Part shown: piece by piece, positions 1 to 10,016 of the stretch
Layout of the letters: each line of letters opens with the position of its first letter
Position numbering within the stretch: position 1 is the stretch's first letter
NCBI GenBank assembly: GCA_964194565.1
Contig: CAXMMZ010000155.1
Location: 1 to 62,721 of the forward strand
Direction of reading: 5' to 3'
From: Arenicellales bacterium
GTDB taxonomy: Bacteria > Pseudomonadota > Gammaproteobacteria > Arenicellales > JAOTWM01
Length of the DNA stretch: 62,721 bases
The notes under the pieces: model-generated
Seen by the model: only the letters and a program-made list of their open reading frames with translations
Told to the model about the DNA's origin: nothing
The model's database searches: none
Made by a program: the position numbers and the translations under genes

Positions 1-423
1 GGGCTACGATCAGCGCCGGCCACCGTACCTACCGTGTCGGTGAACGGGTCGTCGGCATCGCAAGCAGGCAAGGTTTGCAGCGTTAATACCTCGCGTCCTT
101 GGCTTTGTCCCACGGCAATGCGATAGATGGCCACTCTCACGCATCCCTGCGCTTGGCGGCATTCGTGCGTCCATCCACAGCAAATGACGATGCGGGTTGA
201 GCGTGGCTACGGAACTTAGATAATGCGAAGACCCCCTTGGGAGGTGTCCGGCATGCTCGGCCACAGATCCGAGCACAAGACTACGGAGATTTACGCACAC
301 TACGCACCCGACTATCTAGGGGATGCGGCGGCGCAATTGACGAGTACTTCCGGGAACTCCAACCACGCCTCAGCCGTCGCCTTCGAAAGGAGATCGCGAA
401 GCAGCGTGTTGGTAGCGTGTTAG
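1..423 (+). pseudogene. decayed tyrosine-recombinase (phage-type integrase) C-terminal remnant
   Basis: Frame 1 reads ...AWRHSCVHPQQ..GYGT*IMRRPPWEVSGMLGHRSEHKTTEIYAHYAPDYL. This is a box-II-like R-H ... LGH ... catalytic-Tyr signature, but with in-frame TAG at 124-126 and 217-219. Only a 66-aa ORF (223-423) survives. It ends ~35 bp from the 3' end of tRNA-Gly, and the 5' part runs off the window. Confidence 0.55.
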
Positions 424-459
424 CCGCCACGTATGCCAACACGCAACCCCCTGACTATT

Positions 460-535
<76 letters not shown>

Positions 536-597
536 GCGGGGACGCCATTGTAAGGCCGGTGGCTTGGCTGTCAAGTAAGGGCGGGGAGCGGCACCTG

Positions 598-1182
598 CTA
601 ATTATCTCGGCCGGTTAAACTCGGCCAGGCCGCGCGCAAATACACGAACATCGTCCACGCGGTTAACCCGGCCGCCAGGTAAAGCAGCCACTCACCCACC
701 GTAAACATCGGAATCCCGAGATATTCCTCACGATACAGCAACATCCCGATTGCCACCATTTGCATGACCGTCTTAAATTTGCTTACGACCGTTACCGCGA
801 CACTGGCGCGCTTCCCGATCTCGGCCATCCACTCCCGCAGCGCCGATATCGCAATTTCCCGGCCGATTATGATCGTGGTCGCAATCGCGAACACGCTGCG
901 GTGGATTACGTGCTCCATTATCCAAGGGTCAGTCGCGAGCAGCACCAGCGCCGTTGCGACAATGAGTTTGTCGGCAACCGGATCCAGAAACGCGCCGAAT
1001 GCAGAATACTGATTAAGCCTCCGGGCAAGAAACCCATCGAGCCAGTCCGTCACGGCGGCGGTGATAAAGATCGCCGTCACAATGACGTTCACAGCGTCGA
1101 TAGGAGTCAGGTATACGCCTACCAACACCGGTATCAGCACGATACGAATTAGGGTCAAAATATTTGGGACGTTTAGCGGCAT
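598..1182 (-). CDS. pgsA: CDP-diacylglycerol--glycerol-3-phosphate 3-phosphatidyltransferase
   Basis: 194-aa multi-TM ORF with the CDP-alcohol phosphatidyltransferase motif DWLDGFLARR...GAFLDPVADK. The uvrC-pgsA-tRNA-Gly order is conserved. Confidence 0.9.
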   Translation of the reverse strand: MPLNVPNILTLIRIVLIPVLVGVYLTPIDAVNVIVTAIFITAAVTDWLDGFLARRLNQYSAFGAFLDPVADKLIVATALVLLATDPWIMEHVIHRSVFAIATTIIIGREIAISALREWMAEIGKRASVAVTVVSKFKTVMQMVAIGMLLYREEYLGIPMFTVGEWLLYLAAGLTAWTMFVYLRAAWPSLTGRDN

Positions 1183-1185
1183 GGA

Positions 1186-3018
1186 TTAATGCTCCGCATC
1201 ATGAAACACCGCATAAATGCGCCGCGCCAGGACCGGACTGATCCCGGGCACCTTAAGTAGATCGTCGACCCCGGCGCGAGCCACCTCGCGCAAACCACCG
1301 AGTTGTCGGAGCAATGCCTGCCGGCGTTTATCGCCAATACCGGGAATCTCGTTCAGTCGTGACGTGACCCGGGCCTTGCCGCGACGCTGGCGATGGCCGG
1401 TAATCGCGAAGCGGTGGGCCTCATCACGGATTTGTTGGATCAGATGCAAAGCCGGCGATGTCGACGGCAGTGTACGTGCGCGCCGGAGGTCATCGATGAA
1501 CAGTCGTTCAAATCCGGGTTTACGGCTACGTCCCTTGGCCACGGCCACGACCTTCAGAGCCTCGATTTGCAGTTCCGTCAAAACCGTCCGCGCCACGCCG
1601 AGTTGTCCCTTACCACCATCTATCAACAACAAATCCGGCATTTTCCCTTGTCCTTCCTTTAATCGCTTATAGCGCCGTGTCAATGCCTGGCTTAATGCCG
1701 AGTAGTCGTCTCCGGCCGCGATACCATTGATGTTGAAGCGCCGGTAGTCCGACTTTACCGCACCATTCATATCAAATACGACACAAGATGCCACCGTCGC
1801 TTCGCCCGCTGTGTGACTCGTGTCGAAACACTCGATTCGCGCCGGCACCGCATCGATCTCAAGTTCGTCCCGTAACGCCTCAAAGCGACGCGCCAATGAT
1901 GCACGATCGGCAATTCGGCGCCGTAATGCATCATCGGCATTGAATTGAGCCATTTGCAGCCAACGCCGCCTTACGCCCCGGCTTCCCACCTTGAATTGTA
2001 CTTTACGATCCGATTGGTCCGAAAACACTTCCTCCAACAGTGCGACCTGCGGTAATCGATGACTTATCAGAATTTCGGGCGGAATCGATTTGCCTAAGTA
2101 ATACTGCGGCAAAAATGCCTGTAATGCCTGCACCTCAGTGGTTTCCAAGGACATCGCAGGAAACAAATGTTTCGCACCGAGATTACGACCGCCGCGTATA
2201 AAACAAATCTCCACACAGGCTTCTCCACCGGCCATTGCGAGGGCAACGATATCGACGTCACCACGCTGCCGATCCACGTACTGTTGCTCCTGCACCCGCT
2301 GTAGTGCGGCGATTCGATCACGGTAGCGTGCGGCGGTTTCGAAGTCGAGATCCGCCGCCGCCGTCTCCATCAACCCTGCGAGATGCTCATTCAAAGTGTG
2401 GTCACGGCCCTCTAAAAACAGCACCGCTTGACTCACGTCTTCGCGATACCGCGGTTCGTCGATAAAACCGACACACGGCGCCGAACATCGATTGATCTGA
2501 TATTGCAGACAAGGCCGCGAGCGATGCCGGAAAAAAGTATCCTCACATTGGCGAATCGGAAACACCTTCTGCATGTGGGCTAATGTTTCCCGCACCGCCG
2601 CGGCGCTAGGGTAAGGGCCAAAGTAGCGCCCTGCTTCGCTGCGCGCACCCCGATAGAATGACAGTCGTGGAAACGGGTGGTTCGTGGACAAATAAATATA
2701 CGGGTAACTTTTGTCGTCCCGGAAAACAATGTTATAGCGTGGCCGCTCGGATTTTATGAGATTGTTTTCGAGCAGCAATGCTTCGCTCTCGGTATGGGTC
2801 ACGATAGTCTGGATATCTGCAACGTGCGACATCATCGCGGTAGTCTTGGGGGACAGACCCGTTTCGCGGAAGTAGCTTGCGACTCTTTTTTTTAGGTTGC
2901 GGGCTTTGCCCACATACAAGTAACGCCCCTCCTGATCCGTCATCACGTAAACACCCGGCGCACCTGACAGGTTCTTTAGGAGCTGAGCAAACTCGAACTC
3001 TGTAGAGGCTTGGCTCAT
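1186..3018 (-). CDS. uvrC: excinuclease ABC subunit C
   Basis: 610 aa. N-terminal GIY-YIG (GVYVMTDQEGRYLYVGKARNLKKRV), a central UVR region, and a C-terminal endonuclease plus (HhH)2 (IPGIGDKRRQALL...VPGISPVLARRIY). Confidence 0.95.
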   Translation of the reverse strand: MSQASTEFEFAQLLKNLSGAPGVYVMTDQEGRYLYVGKARNLKKRVASYFRETGLSPKTTAMMSHVADIQTIVTHTESEALLLENNLIKSERPRYNIVFRDDKSYPYIYLSTNHPFPRLSFYRGARSEAGRYFGPYPSAAAVRETLAHMQKVFPIRQCEDTFFRHRSRPCLQYQINRCSAPCVGFIDEPRYREDVSQAVLFLEGRDHTLNEHLAGLMETAAADLDFETAARYRDRIAALQRVQEQQYVDRQRGDVDIVALAMAGGEACVEICFIRGGRNLGAKHLFPAMSLETTEVQALQAFLPQYYLGKSIPPEILISHRLPQVALLEEVFSDQSDRKVQFKVGSRGVRRRWLQMAQFNADDALRRRIADRASLARRFEALRDELEIDAVPARIECFDTSHTAGEATVASCVVFDMNGAVKSDYRRFNINGIAAGDDYSALSQALTRRYKRLKEGQGKMPDLLLIDGGKGQLGVARTVLTELQIEALKVVAVAKGRSRKPGFERLFIDDLRRARTLPSTSPALHLIQQIRDEAHRFAITGHRQRRGKARVTSRLNEIPGIGDKRRQALLRQLGGLREVARAGVDDLLKVPGISPVLARRIYAVFHDAEH

Positions 3019-3743
3019 TGGCTCAGCATCGCGCGTGCGCGACGCAACACATCCTCAAACATTGCGGGCGTCAAACGGCGTGTCTGCGTGTTATAGCGAC
3101 TGCAGTGATAACTATCCAGCAATCTATATCGCGTTGAGAGTTTGTGTAGTGTTCCATGCTGGAAGCGGTATGCCGACAACGGAAGCGTCAGTGCGCGCAA
3201 TACTGCGTTGTGGGCGATCGTACCCAGCGCCAGTATGACATTGTCGTCGGGCAATTCGCTGAGTTCGGAACGCAAGTACGAGTTGCAAGTAGCAATCTCC
3301 GCGCCCACCGGCTTGTTATCCGGAGGTAGACACTTGACGGCGTTGGTTACGCGGCAGCCGATTAGCCGTAACCCGTCGCGCGCGTGCGCGGCGACGGGTT
3401 TGCTGGCAAAACCAAACCGATGCAACGTGGCGTATAGCAACTTTCCGGCAAAGTCACCGGTAAATGGCCGTCCGGTCGCGTTAGCGCCGTGCTTCCCGGG
3501 CGCCAACCCTACAACCAACAAATGCGCGCCGGGCTCGCCGAATGGCCGCACCGGTCGGCAGTGATATTTTGGGTGCTGTTTTTGGACCTCTTCGCGGAAC
3601 GCTACGAGGCGTTGGCAGTCCCGACACTGCGGATCGAATCTCCGCCCCGGGCGTGTGCTACTTTTGGAAGTCGATGGCGGCATATTGGTGGGTATATTAG
3701 CGTGGATTTTGCGTCCAGGTGCAGCAGATCGTCGCGGCTGCAC
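3015..3743 (-). CDS. uracil-DNA glycosylase, family 4/5 (UdgB-like)
   Basis: Contains the motif LLVVGLAPGKHGANATGRPFTGD and Cys residues (CRDC...C) typical of Fe-S UDGs. Its TGA overlaps the uvrC ATG (ATGA, 3015-3018). The start may instead be the internal Met at 3683. Confidence 0.75.
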   Translation of the reverse strand: MQPRRSAAPGRKIHANIPTNMPPSTSKSSTRPGRRFDPQCRDCQRLVAFREEVQKQHPKYHCRPVRPFGEPGAHLLVVGLAPGKHGANATGRPFTGDFAGKLLYATLHRFGFASKPVAAHARDGLRLIGCRVTNAVKCLPPDNKPVGAEIATCNSYLRSELSELPDDNVILALGTIAHNAVLRALTLPLSAYRFQHGTLHKLSTRYRLLDSYHCSRYNTQTRRLTPAMFEDVLRRARAMLSQ

Positions 3744-3820
3744 GATCGGTCGCGCTTGCTGCTAATCGGGGCAGCCCATAGAATCGCCTTCTCGCAACTG
3801 ACAATAGTGACGACGAGCGA

Positions 3821-4384
3821 ATGAAAGTCTCTGCGTTTGACATAAAAATCGGCAACTTAATTGAATATCAAGGCAAGTTGTGGCGAATTTTGAAGAAGAA
3901 TCACGTAAAGCCCGGCAAGGGTGGCGCATTTGTGCAACTCGAAATGAAGGAAATTACCAACGGCACGAAACGCAACGACCGTTTTCGCTCGGAGGACAAA
4001 ATCGAAAAAGCCCGTGTCGAGCCACGGAAAATGCAGTATCTATACGCAGACGGCGATCAATTAGTGTTCATGGACTCGGAAACTTACGAACAGATTTCAA
4101 TCGCAGCGGATGACCTCGCAACGGTTTCCGGGTTTCTATTGCCAAATACTGATGTACAAATCAATTTTCATAATTCCGATCCGATCGGTGTGGAGCTTCC
4201 AGACAACGTCGTGCTGGAAGTTGTCGATACCGAGGGTGTCATCAAAGGTCAAACCGCATCGGGCTCCAACAAACCCGCCGAATTGGAAACCGGTATCCGT
4301 GTATCGGTGCCCACATTTATCAATATTGGTGACAGGATTAAAGTCAACACTGAGACCGGCGACTACGTCGAACGCGCCGAATAG
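3821..4384 (+). CDS. efp: elongation factor P
   Basis: 187 aa. MKVSAFDIKIGNLIEYQGKLW...HVKPGKGGAFVQLEMKE loop with the conserved Lys; three-domain EF-P length. Confidence 0.9.
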   Translation: MKVSAFDIKIGNLIEYQGKLWRILKKNHVKPGKGGAFVQLEMKEITNGTKRNDRFRSEDKIEKARVEPRKMQYLYADGDQLVFMDSETYEQISIAADDLATVSGFLLPNTDVQINFHNSDPIGVELPDNVVLEVVDTEGVIKGQTASGSNKPAELETGIRVSVPTFINIGDRIKVNTETGDYVERAE

Positions 4385-4398
4385 CCTGGCGATTAGAA

Positions 4399-5433
4399 TT
4401 AAGCGCTAAGCGCCGATATCAACTCACGCGCCCTATCCCACTTCGATTGCGTTGTTGCGGAGCAGCGTCGTTGTCGGGCGCGCGGCACCAGAGCGTGCAA
4501 GCGCGGCACCGATTCCGGCGCGGAACAGAGTTCATCGCCAGTCAGCACGACATCGGCTGCCTCGGAATCGTTACACAGTAGTGCCATGTCGCAGCCAGCC
4601 GACAGTGCCGCTTGTACCCGAGCCGCCGGTCCGCCGTCCCGACTCGCGCCGTGCATACTCAAATCATCGCTGAATATTACCCCGTCGAATCCCATCGTAT
4701 CCCGCAAAATTTTGCCGAGCCAAAATGCCGAATAGGTCGGAATAAGGCGATCGACGTGCCGATAGCAGACATGTGCCGTCATCACCGCATCGAGACCGGC
4801 GTCGATAAGCCGCCGATACGGCACTAAGTCGGCAATTTCGATTTGACTGATTATGCGGTCATCCACCGGCAGCTCGATGTGCGAGTCCGCGGCAACGCCG
4901 CCGTGCCCCGGAAAATGCTTTCCCACCGCGGGCATACCCGCACGATGCATACCGCGCATATAGGCTTCCGCCAAATGCGCGACGCCTTCGGCTTTACAAT
5001 GGAAAGCGCGATCGCCAATGACGTCGCTCATCACCGCGGCGCAATCCAACACCGGGGCGAAACTCACGTCGATGCCGACTTCTACCAACTCGGTGGCCAT
5101 GACCCATCCCGATGCTTCGGCCATCGCGATACCACGTTCGGCGTCATCGTCATAAACGGCCCCGATCTGAGCCGCCGCCGGCAACGGCGTGAAGCCATTA
5201 CGCAGACGTTGCACGCGCCCTCCTTCCTGATCGATAGCCACGATCAAAGACGGTGTTCGCAAACCATGCAGCTCGCGTACGAGTGCCTTCAATTGCGACG
5301 CCGACGCGAAATTACGCGCAAACAGGATCACACCCCCGGTATTGGCGGCACATAACCGCCACCGATCGTCTTGCGACAGCTCCACGCCGCCGATATCCAC
5401 CATGACCGGGCCCAGCGCGTCGCTACTCATCAC
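4399..5433 (-). CDS. nagZ: beta-N-acetylhexosaminidase (GH3, peptidoglycan recycling)
   Basis: 344 aa with the GH3 N-domain motif KHFPGHG and ...IDQEGGRVQR. The likely ATG at 5430 overlaps the upstream stop by 1 nt (TGATG). Confidence 0.9.
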   Translation of the reverse strand: MMSSDALGPVMVDIGGVELSQDDRWRLCAANTGGVILFARNFASASQLKALVRELHGLRTPSLIVAIDQEGGRVQRLRNGFTPLPAAAQIGAVYDDDAERGIAMAEASGWVMATELVEVGIDVSFAPVLDCAAVMSDVIGDRAFHCKAEGVAHLAEAYMRGMHRAGMPAVGKHFPGHGGVAADSHIELPVDDRIISQIEIADLVPYRRLIDAGLDAVMTAHVCYRHVDRLIPTYSAFWLGKILRDTMGFDGVIFSDDLSMHGASRDGGPAARVQAALSAGCDMALLCNDSEAADVVLTGDELCSAPESVPRLHALVPRARQRRCSATTQSKWDRARELISALSA

Positions 5434-5921
5434 TCCTCAAGTATTGTCACGATCGTACCCACGGGTATTTGGTCAAACAGTGCAATGACATCGATGTTAC
5501 GCATCTTGATGCAACCGTGCGAGCTGGGTTCGCCGATGCGATCTTCGTCGGGTGCCCCATGGATATAAATGTAACGACGCATCGTGTCCACGAGGCCGAG
5601 CCGGTTGTGACCCGGTTCCAGCCCGCTTAGCCACATTATTCGCGTCAATATCCAATCCCGTTGCGGAAAGCGACGTTTTAATTCCGGACTGTACAGCTCG
5701 CCGCTCGGTCTCCGGCCACGAAAAACGGTATTGGCGATACAACCAGTGCCGATCTTCGCGCGGACCTGATGTCGGCCACGTGGCGTTCGCTCACTATCAC
5801 GACGTTCCCCGGCACCGTTACGAGCGGTCGACACGCGGTAATGACAGCGCGGTGATCCGTTCGAGTTGTATACCGTTAGCGACTGATCGGCGATGGAAAC
5901 ATCGATGTAAAGTTCACCCAC
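5430..5921 (-). CDS. L,D-transpeptidase (YkuD) family protein
   Basis: C-terminal catalytic motif IYIHGAP....SSHGCIKM. The GTG start overlaps the stop of the upstream phosphatase gene by 1 nt. Confidence 0.8.
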   Translation of the reverse strand: MGELYIDVSIADQSLTVYNSNGSPRCHYRVSTARNGAGERRDSERTPRGRHQVRAKIGTGCIANTVFRGRRPSGELYSPELKRRFPQRDWILTRIMWLSGLEPGHNRLGLVDTMRRYIYIHGAPDEDRIGEPSSHGCIKMRNIDVIALFDQIPVGTIVTILEE

Positions 5922-6391
5922 TACAAACGCTCGCGGATTTCCTGCAATAACCCCAGCGACGCCGCCTCGATCATATCGATGACTTGATCGAATCTCCTAC
6001 CGCCGCCGTAATAGGGATCCGGTACTTCGGTGTCGGGGTAACGGTCGGTGAATTCCATAAACAACCGCACCTTATTTCGAGTTTCGGCCGTGCTAATTGC
6101 GAGTAAAGCTTCTTGGTTCTGCCGATCCATCGCAACGACATAATCAAATACCTGTAGATCGCTCGCTTCCGCCTGACGGCCGCGTAATGCGGAGATATCG
6201 ATGCCGCGACGAGCAGCCGCTGCCTGTGCACGCGGATCCGGAGGCTGACCGACATGGTAGGCGTGGGTTCCGGCCGAATCGACCTCGACCCGGTCCGCCA
6301 GTTGCTGATCGGCCAACAGGTTACGAAATACGCCTTCGGCTGTCGGCGAGCGACAAATATTTCCTAAACATACAAACAAGACTTTATGCAT
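5921..6391 (-). CDS. low-molecular-weight protein-tyrosine phosphatase
   Basis: 156 aa. P-loop VCLGNICRSPTAEG (C-X5-R-S) and the DPYYG Asp loop. Its position next to kdsB matches the Pseudomonas ptpA-kdsB arrangement. Confidence 0.9.
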   Translation of the reverse strand: MHKVLFVCLGNICRSPTAEGVFRNLLADQQLADRVEVDSAGTHAYHVGQPPDPRAQAAAARRGIDISALRGRQAEASDLQVFDYVVAMDRQNQEALLAISTAETRNKVRLFMEFTDRYPDTEVPDPYYGGGRRFDQVIDMIEAASLGLLQEIRERL

Positions 6392-6440
6392 CTCAATATT
6401 TTCCTAACGTGCCCTTTCGAGTACCGATACCGATACCAGG

Positions 6441-7199
6441 TTAACTCGCCAATTGGCGTGTTACCTGCTCCAGGTCTTCAGTGGTATCGACACCGGGGCC
6501 GGGAATCTCAGTGGCCTCACACAGCGCGATCGCATCGCCATACCACAACGCGCGCAATTGCTCGAGGCATTCAACTTCCTCTAGTGGACAAACCGGTCGC
6601 GAAGCGAAGGTTTGCAGATAATTCATTCGATAAGCATAGATGCCAATATGGCGCGCGACTAGGCCTGCCTTGCCGGCGTCCCGCCCGGCCGCGACATGGA
6701 TCGCAGGAATCGCCGCACGCGAAAAGTACAAAGCGTGGCCGCGCCGGTTCCCTACCACCTTGCAGACCGCATTATCGGCCCATGACTGCGAGTCGGTGAT
6801 TGGGGTATACGTCGTCGCTATCTGCGCCGCGACGTCCTCCTGCAAACAACGCGCGACCTGCTCGATGAGCGTCGGCGGTATTAACGGTTCGTCGCCTTGC
6901 AGATTGACCACGATGGCGTCGTCTGCGAGTTTCAATTGTCGCGCCGCCTCCGCGACCCGATCGGTACCGGATCGGTGTGCACTATCGGTCATCGATGCCA
7001 CGCCGCCGAATCCAACAACGGCGTCGCGAATACGCCCATCGTCCGTGGCGACGGTTACGCTGGCCGACCCGCTCTGTACAGCACGTTCGTACACGTGTTG
7101 AATCAGTGGCCGTCCCGCCAGCGTGATAAGCGGTTTACCGGGCAGTCGCACCGATGCATAGCGCGCCGGGATAATTACGTGAAACGTACAATCTGTCAT
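6441..7199 (-). CDS. kdsB: 3-deoxy-manno-octulosonate cytidylyltransferase (CMP-Kdo synthetase)
   Basis: N-terminus MTDCTFHVIIPARYASVRLPGKPL. I chose the ATG at 7199 because it forms an ATGA overlap with the lpxK stop and gives a typical 252 aa. The ORF track extends to 7337. Confidence 0.9.
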   Translation of the reverse strand: MTDCTFHVIIPARYASVRLPGKPLITLAGRPLIQHVYERAVQSGSASVTVATDDGRIRDAVVGFGGVASMTDSAHRSGTDRVAEAARQLKLADDAIVVNLQGDEPLIPPTLIEQVARCLQEDVAAQIATTYTPITDSQSWADNAVCKVVGNRRGHALYFSRAAIPAIHVAAGRDAGKAGLVARHIGIYAYRMNYLQTFASRPVCPLEEVECLEQLRALWYGDAIALCEATEIPGPGVDTTEDLEQVTRQLAS

Positions 7200-8221
7200 T
7201 GTGTCGCACCAGGCCCGGAGATTGGACGGGGCGGCTCTACGAGCCGTGGGTGGCACCGTAAAGCGTTCTCGTATTCGGGTCCTGGCTCTGCCGTAACCGG
7301 CAGATACCAACAATCGGAATAGCCGAACTGCCGGCACTTGACCGCATCTTTCTCGGTCATGATTATCGGCCGTTGGCCGGCTCCAATTCGCTCGAGATCG
7401 TGTGACGTATAGCGGTGATGATCTGCAAATACGTGCTCAGTGATCGTAATGCCCAAAGTACGAAGCGATGTAAAAAATGCATTGGGATTACCGACACCTG
7501 CAACGGCCTCGCAATGCGCGGCTTTCAGCGTAAATAATTCATTCTCGCTACACGCTTCACCGCTGCTGACACTGAGCAACTTATCTGGAACGAGGCACAT
7601 CGGTACCTCGCCTGCATTCGGAGTGCCGTTACACACTCGCAATGTGACCGACTGCAAGCGCGCTAGTGGTTCGCGTAATGGCCCCGCCGGGATACAGAAA
7701 CCATTACCAAACCGCCGCTGCCCATCGATCACTACCACCTCAAAGGATCGTCCAAGCGCCAAGTGCTGTAAGCCGTCGTCGCTGACGATTATGTCACAAT
7801 TATCGTGATCAATGATGAACCGGGCCGCTTCGGCACGCTTTGTACAGACCACGACAGGGCACCCCGAACGCCGCGCCAATAACACCGGCTCGTCTCCCAC
7901 CTCGTAGGGATTGCTTTCGGCATTTACCGCAACCGGTTTTGCACCGACCGCCGCACCGTAGCCTCGGCTTATGGCTCCCGGACGCCAACCGCTGGCTTGT
8001 AACCACTGCAACGTCCACAATACAAGCGGTGTCTTGCCGGTACCGCCCACGGTGATGTTACCGATAACAATAACCGGCACGGGCGGCGTGTATTGGGATC
8101 GTAAGCCACTTCGGTAACTGCGGCTACGTAGCGCCACGAGCGCACGATACATAATGCTCAGCGGCCATAATGTGAAGCTAACCGCCGAACGCTTGTACCA
8201 ATGCGTTTCAAGCCAGCGCAC
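7196..8221 (-). CDS. lpxK: tetraacyldisaccharide 4'-kinase
   Basis: P-loop VIVIGNITVGGTGKTP. The start is uncertain. The maximal ORF reaches 8317 but would overlap msbA by 68 nt, whereas the in-frame GTG at 8221 (VRWLETHWY...) gives 341 aa just after the msbA stop. Confidence 0.85.
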   Translation of the reverse strand: MRWLETHWYKRSAVSFTLWPLSIMYRALVALRSRSYRSGLRSQYTPPVPVIVIGNITVGGTGKTPLVLWTLQWLQASGWRPGAISRGYGAAVGAKPVAVNAESNPYEVGDEPVLLARRSGCPVVVCTKRAEAARFIIDHDNCDIIVSDDGLQHLALGRSFEVVVIDGQRRFGNGFCIPAGPLREPLARLQSVTLRVCNGTPNAGEVPMCLVPDKLLSVSSGEACSENELFTLKAAHCEAVAGVGNPNAFFTSLRTLGITITEHVFADHHRYTSHDLERIGAGQRPIIMTEKDAVKCRQFGYSDCWYLPVTAEPGPEYENALRCHPRLVEPPRPISGPGATQ

Positions 8222-8249
8222 GCGTGACCCTTCGTAGATGTGGCACGGC

Positions 8250-10016
8250 TTAAGTGATCGGCGACGGCGAATGTGCGTGGGCGCGTTGCAACACCGCATA
8301 TACCCCTTGCCGTTCAATCAGCTCCGCATGAGTACCGATTTCAACGATTCGCCCTCTATCGAAAACAAGGATCTTATCGGCATGTTCGATTGTCGATAGG
8401 CGATGCGCGATGACCAGCGTGGTACGACCCTGCATCAATCGTTTTCCCGCTACTTGAACCAACCTCTCCGACTCCGAGTCCAGCGCTGAGGTCGCTTCGT
8501 CCAGTACCAAAATCGGAGCGTCTTTGAACAGCGCACGTGCAATCGCGATACGTTGACGCTGCCCGCCCGACAATCGACTACCCTGTTCGCCGATGCGAGT
8601 ATCCAGTCCGTCCGGTAGCTGTTCCGAAAAATCCAATACGTGGGCGGCCTTGGCAGCGGCATTTATGCTCTCTGCGGTCACATCGTCGCCACTGCCGTAA
8701 CAAATATTATTGCGAATGGTATCGTCGAACAACGTAGTCTCTTGGGTTACCAGCGAGATGTTTTTGCGATAGGCCTCCAATTGCACCGATTCAATAGGCA
8801 CGCCATCGACGCTAATTTCACCGGTTTGCGGGCGGTAAAATCGCAACAACAGCGCCACGGTAGTGGATTTTCCGCTCCCCGATGAACCCACCAGTGCTAT
8901 CGTTTGACCTGCCTCGACCCGAAACGACACATCCTGCAGTATTTCCCCGCGCTGTTCATTGTAACCGAAACCGACGTTGTTAAATTCGATGCTACCGGTT
9001 AGTCGGCCTACGGATTTCGTTCCGTGATCGGTCTCGATCGGTTCGTCCAGAACATGGAACACGCTATGCGCTGCCGCGATACCGGTTTGGATCATGACAT
9101 TAACTTTGGCGATACGCTTGATGGGTGCCATCAACATCAACATCGCGGTCAAATAAGATACAAACGTCCCCGGTGATACGACATTCGATCCGGTTTGCGA
9201 GGTCGCGATATATATGATGAAAGCAATCGCGATACCGACAATTTGCATGATGATCGGAACACTGGCCGCGCTTATCGCAGCCCGCTTCATTGCCTGCTGT
9301 CGATTTCTATTGTTCTCGCGCTGAAACGCCGCCATTTCATAATCATGCCCACCGAATGACTTTACGATGCGATGGCTTTGAAATGCTTCTTTAGCGACAT
9401 GTGCGATACCACCCATTGTGGTTTGAATCCGCTGACTGGTCGTACGAAAACGTTTGTTGGCGATACTAACCAGCCACGCAACGATCGGTGCTATTACCAG
9501 AAATACCAGGGTCAGACGCACATTCAAATGCAGCATCCAGCTCAGCAGTGCGACAGCAAGCAAGGTGTCGCGGATTAGGATACGTAGCGCCGTGGTGCTT
9601 GCACCCAACACCTGTTCGACATCATAGATAAGTTTCGATACCAAACTCGCAGAGGAATTTTCGTCGTAAAACCGAGCCGGCATGCGCGTGAAACGGTGGA
9701 ACATATGCTTACGAAGATCCAAAATAATTCGCCGACCGAGCCATTGCATACAATAGGTATCGGTGAATTCGGAAATTCCGCGGGTCAGGAATATACCGAT
9801 CCAGAGGAGTGGTATATAGCGGATAAATGCTTCATCGCGCGCGACGAAACCCCGATCCATAAGCGGTTTCTGTAGCGCTACAAAAGAGGTTTCGGCCAGT
9901 GCAGCACAAATCATGCCGACCACGGCCAATACAAACACCCATTTATACGGCCACGCATACGTCAACAGCCGCCGGTAAATGGCAGCGCCATCGGCATCGT
10001 GCTTCGCGGGGTTCAC
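8250..10016 (-). CDS. msbA: lipid A export ABC transporter (permease/ATPase)
   Basis: 588 aa. 6-TM exporter domain plus an NBD with Walker A GSSGSGKST, signature LSGGQRQR and Walker B ILVLDEATSALD. Located between exbD and lpxK; GTG start. Confidence 0.9.
   Translation of the reverse strand: MNPAKHDADGAAIYRRLLTYAWPYKWVFVLAVVGMICAALAETSFVALQKPLMDRGFVARDEAFIRYIPLLWIGIFLTRGISEFTDTYCMQWLGRRIILDLRKHMFHRFTRMPARFYDENSSASLVSKLIYDVEQVLGASTTALRILIRDTLLAVALLSWMLHLNVRLTLVFLVIAPIVAWLVSIANKRFRTTSQRIQTTMGGIAHVAKEAFQSHRIVKSFGGHDYEMAAFQRENNRNRQQAMKRAAISAASVPIIMQIVGIAIAFIIYIATSQTGSNVVSPGTFVSYLTAMLMLMAPIKRIAKVNVMIQTGIAAAHSVFHVLDEPIETDHGTKSVGRLTGSIEFNNVGFGYNEQRGEILQDVSFRVEAGQTIALVGSSGSGKSTTVALLLRFYRPQTGEISVDGVPIESVQLEAYRKNISLVTQETTLFDDTIRNNICYGSGDDVTAESINAAAKAAHVLDFSEQLPDGLDTRIGEQGSRLSGGQRQRIAIARALFKDAPILVLDEATSALDSESERLVQVAGKRLMQGRTTLVIAHRLSTIEHADKILVFDRGRIVEIGTHAELIERQGVYAVLQRAHAHSPSPIT

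Noticed and set aside
2321-2330. CGGTAGCGTG, resembling the RfaH ops/JUMPstart core GGCGGTAGCGTG
   Set aside because: It matches only 10 of 12 positions, lies inside uvrC on the non-coding strand, and is far from the glycan locus. I found no ops-like element in the 61587-61895 leader.
8222-8317. Long N-terminal extension of lpxK
   Set aside because: It would overlap msbA by 68 nt and adds residues unlike LpxK N-termini. The GTG at 8221 gives a typical length. It is kept as an alternative start in the feature evidence.
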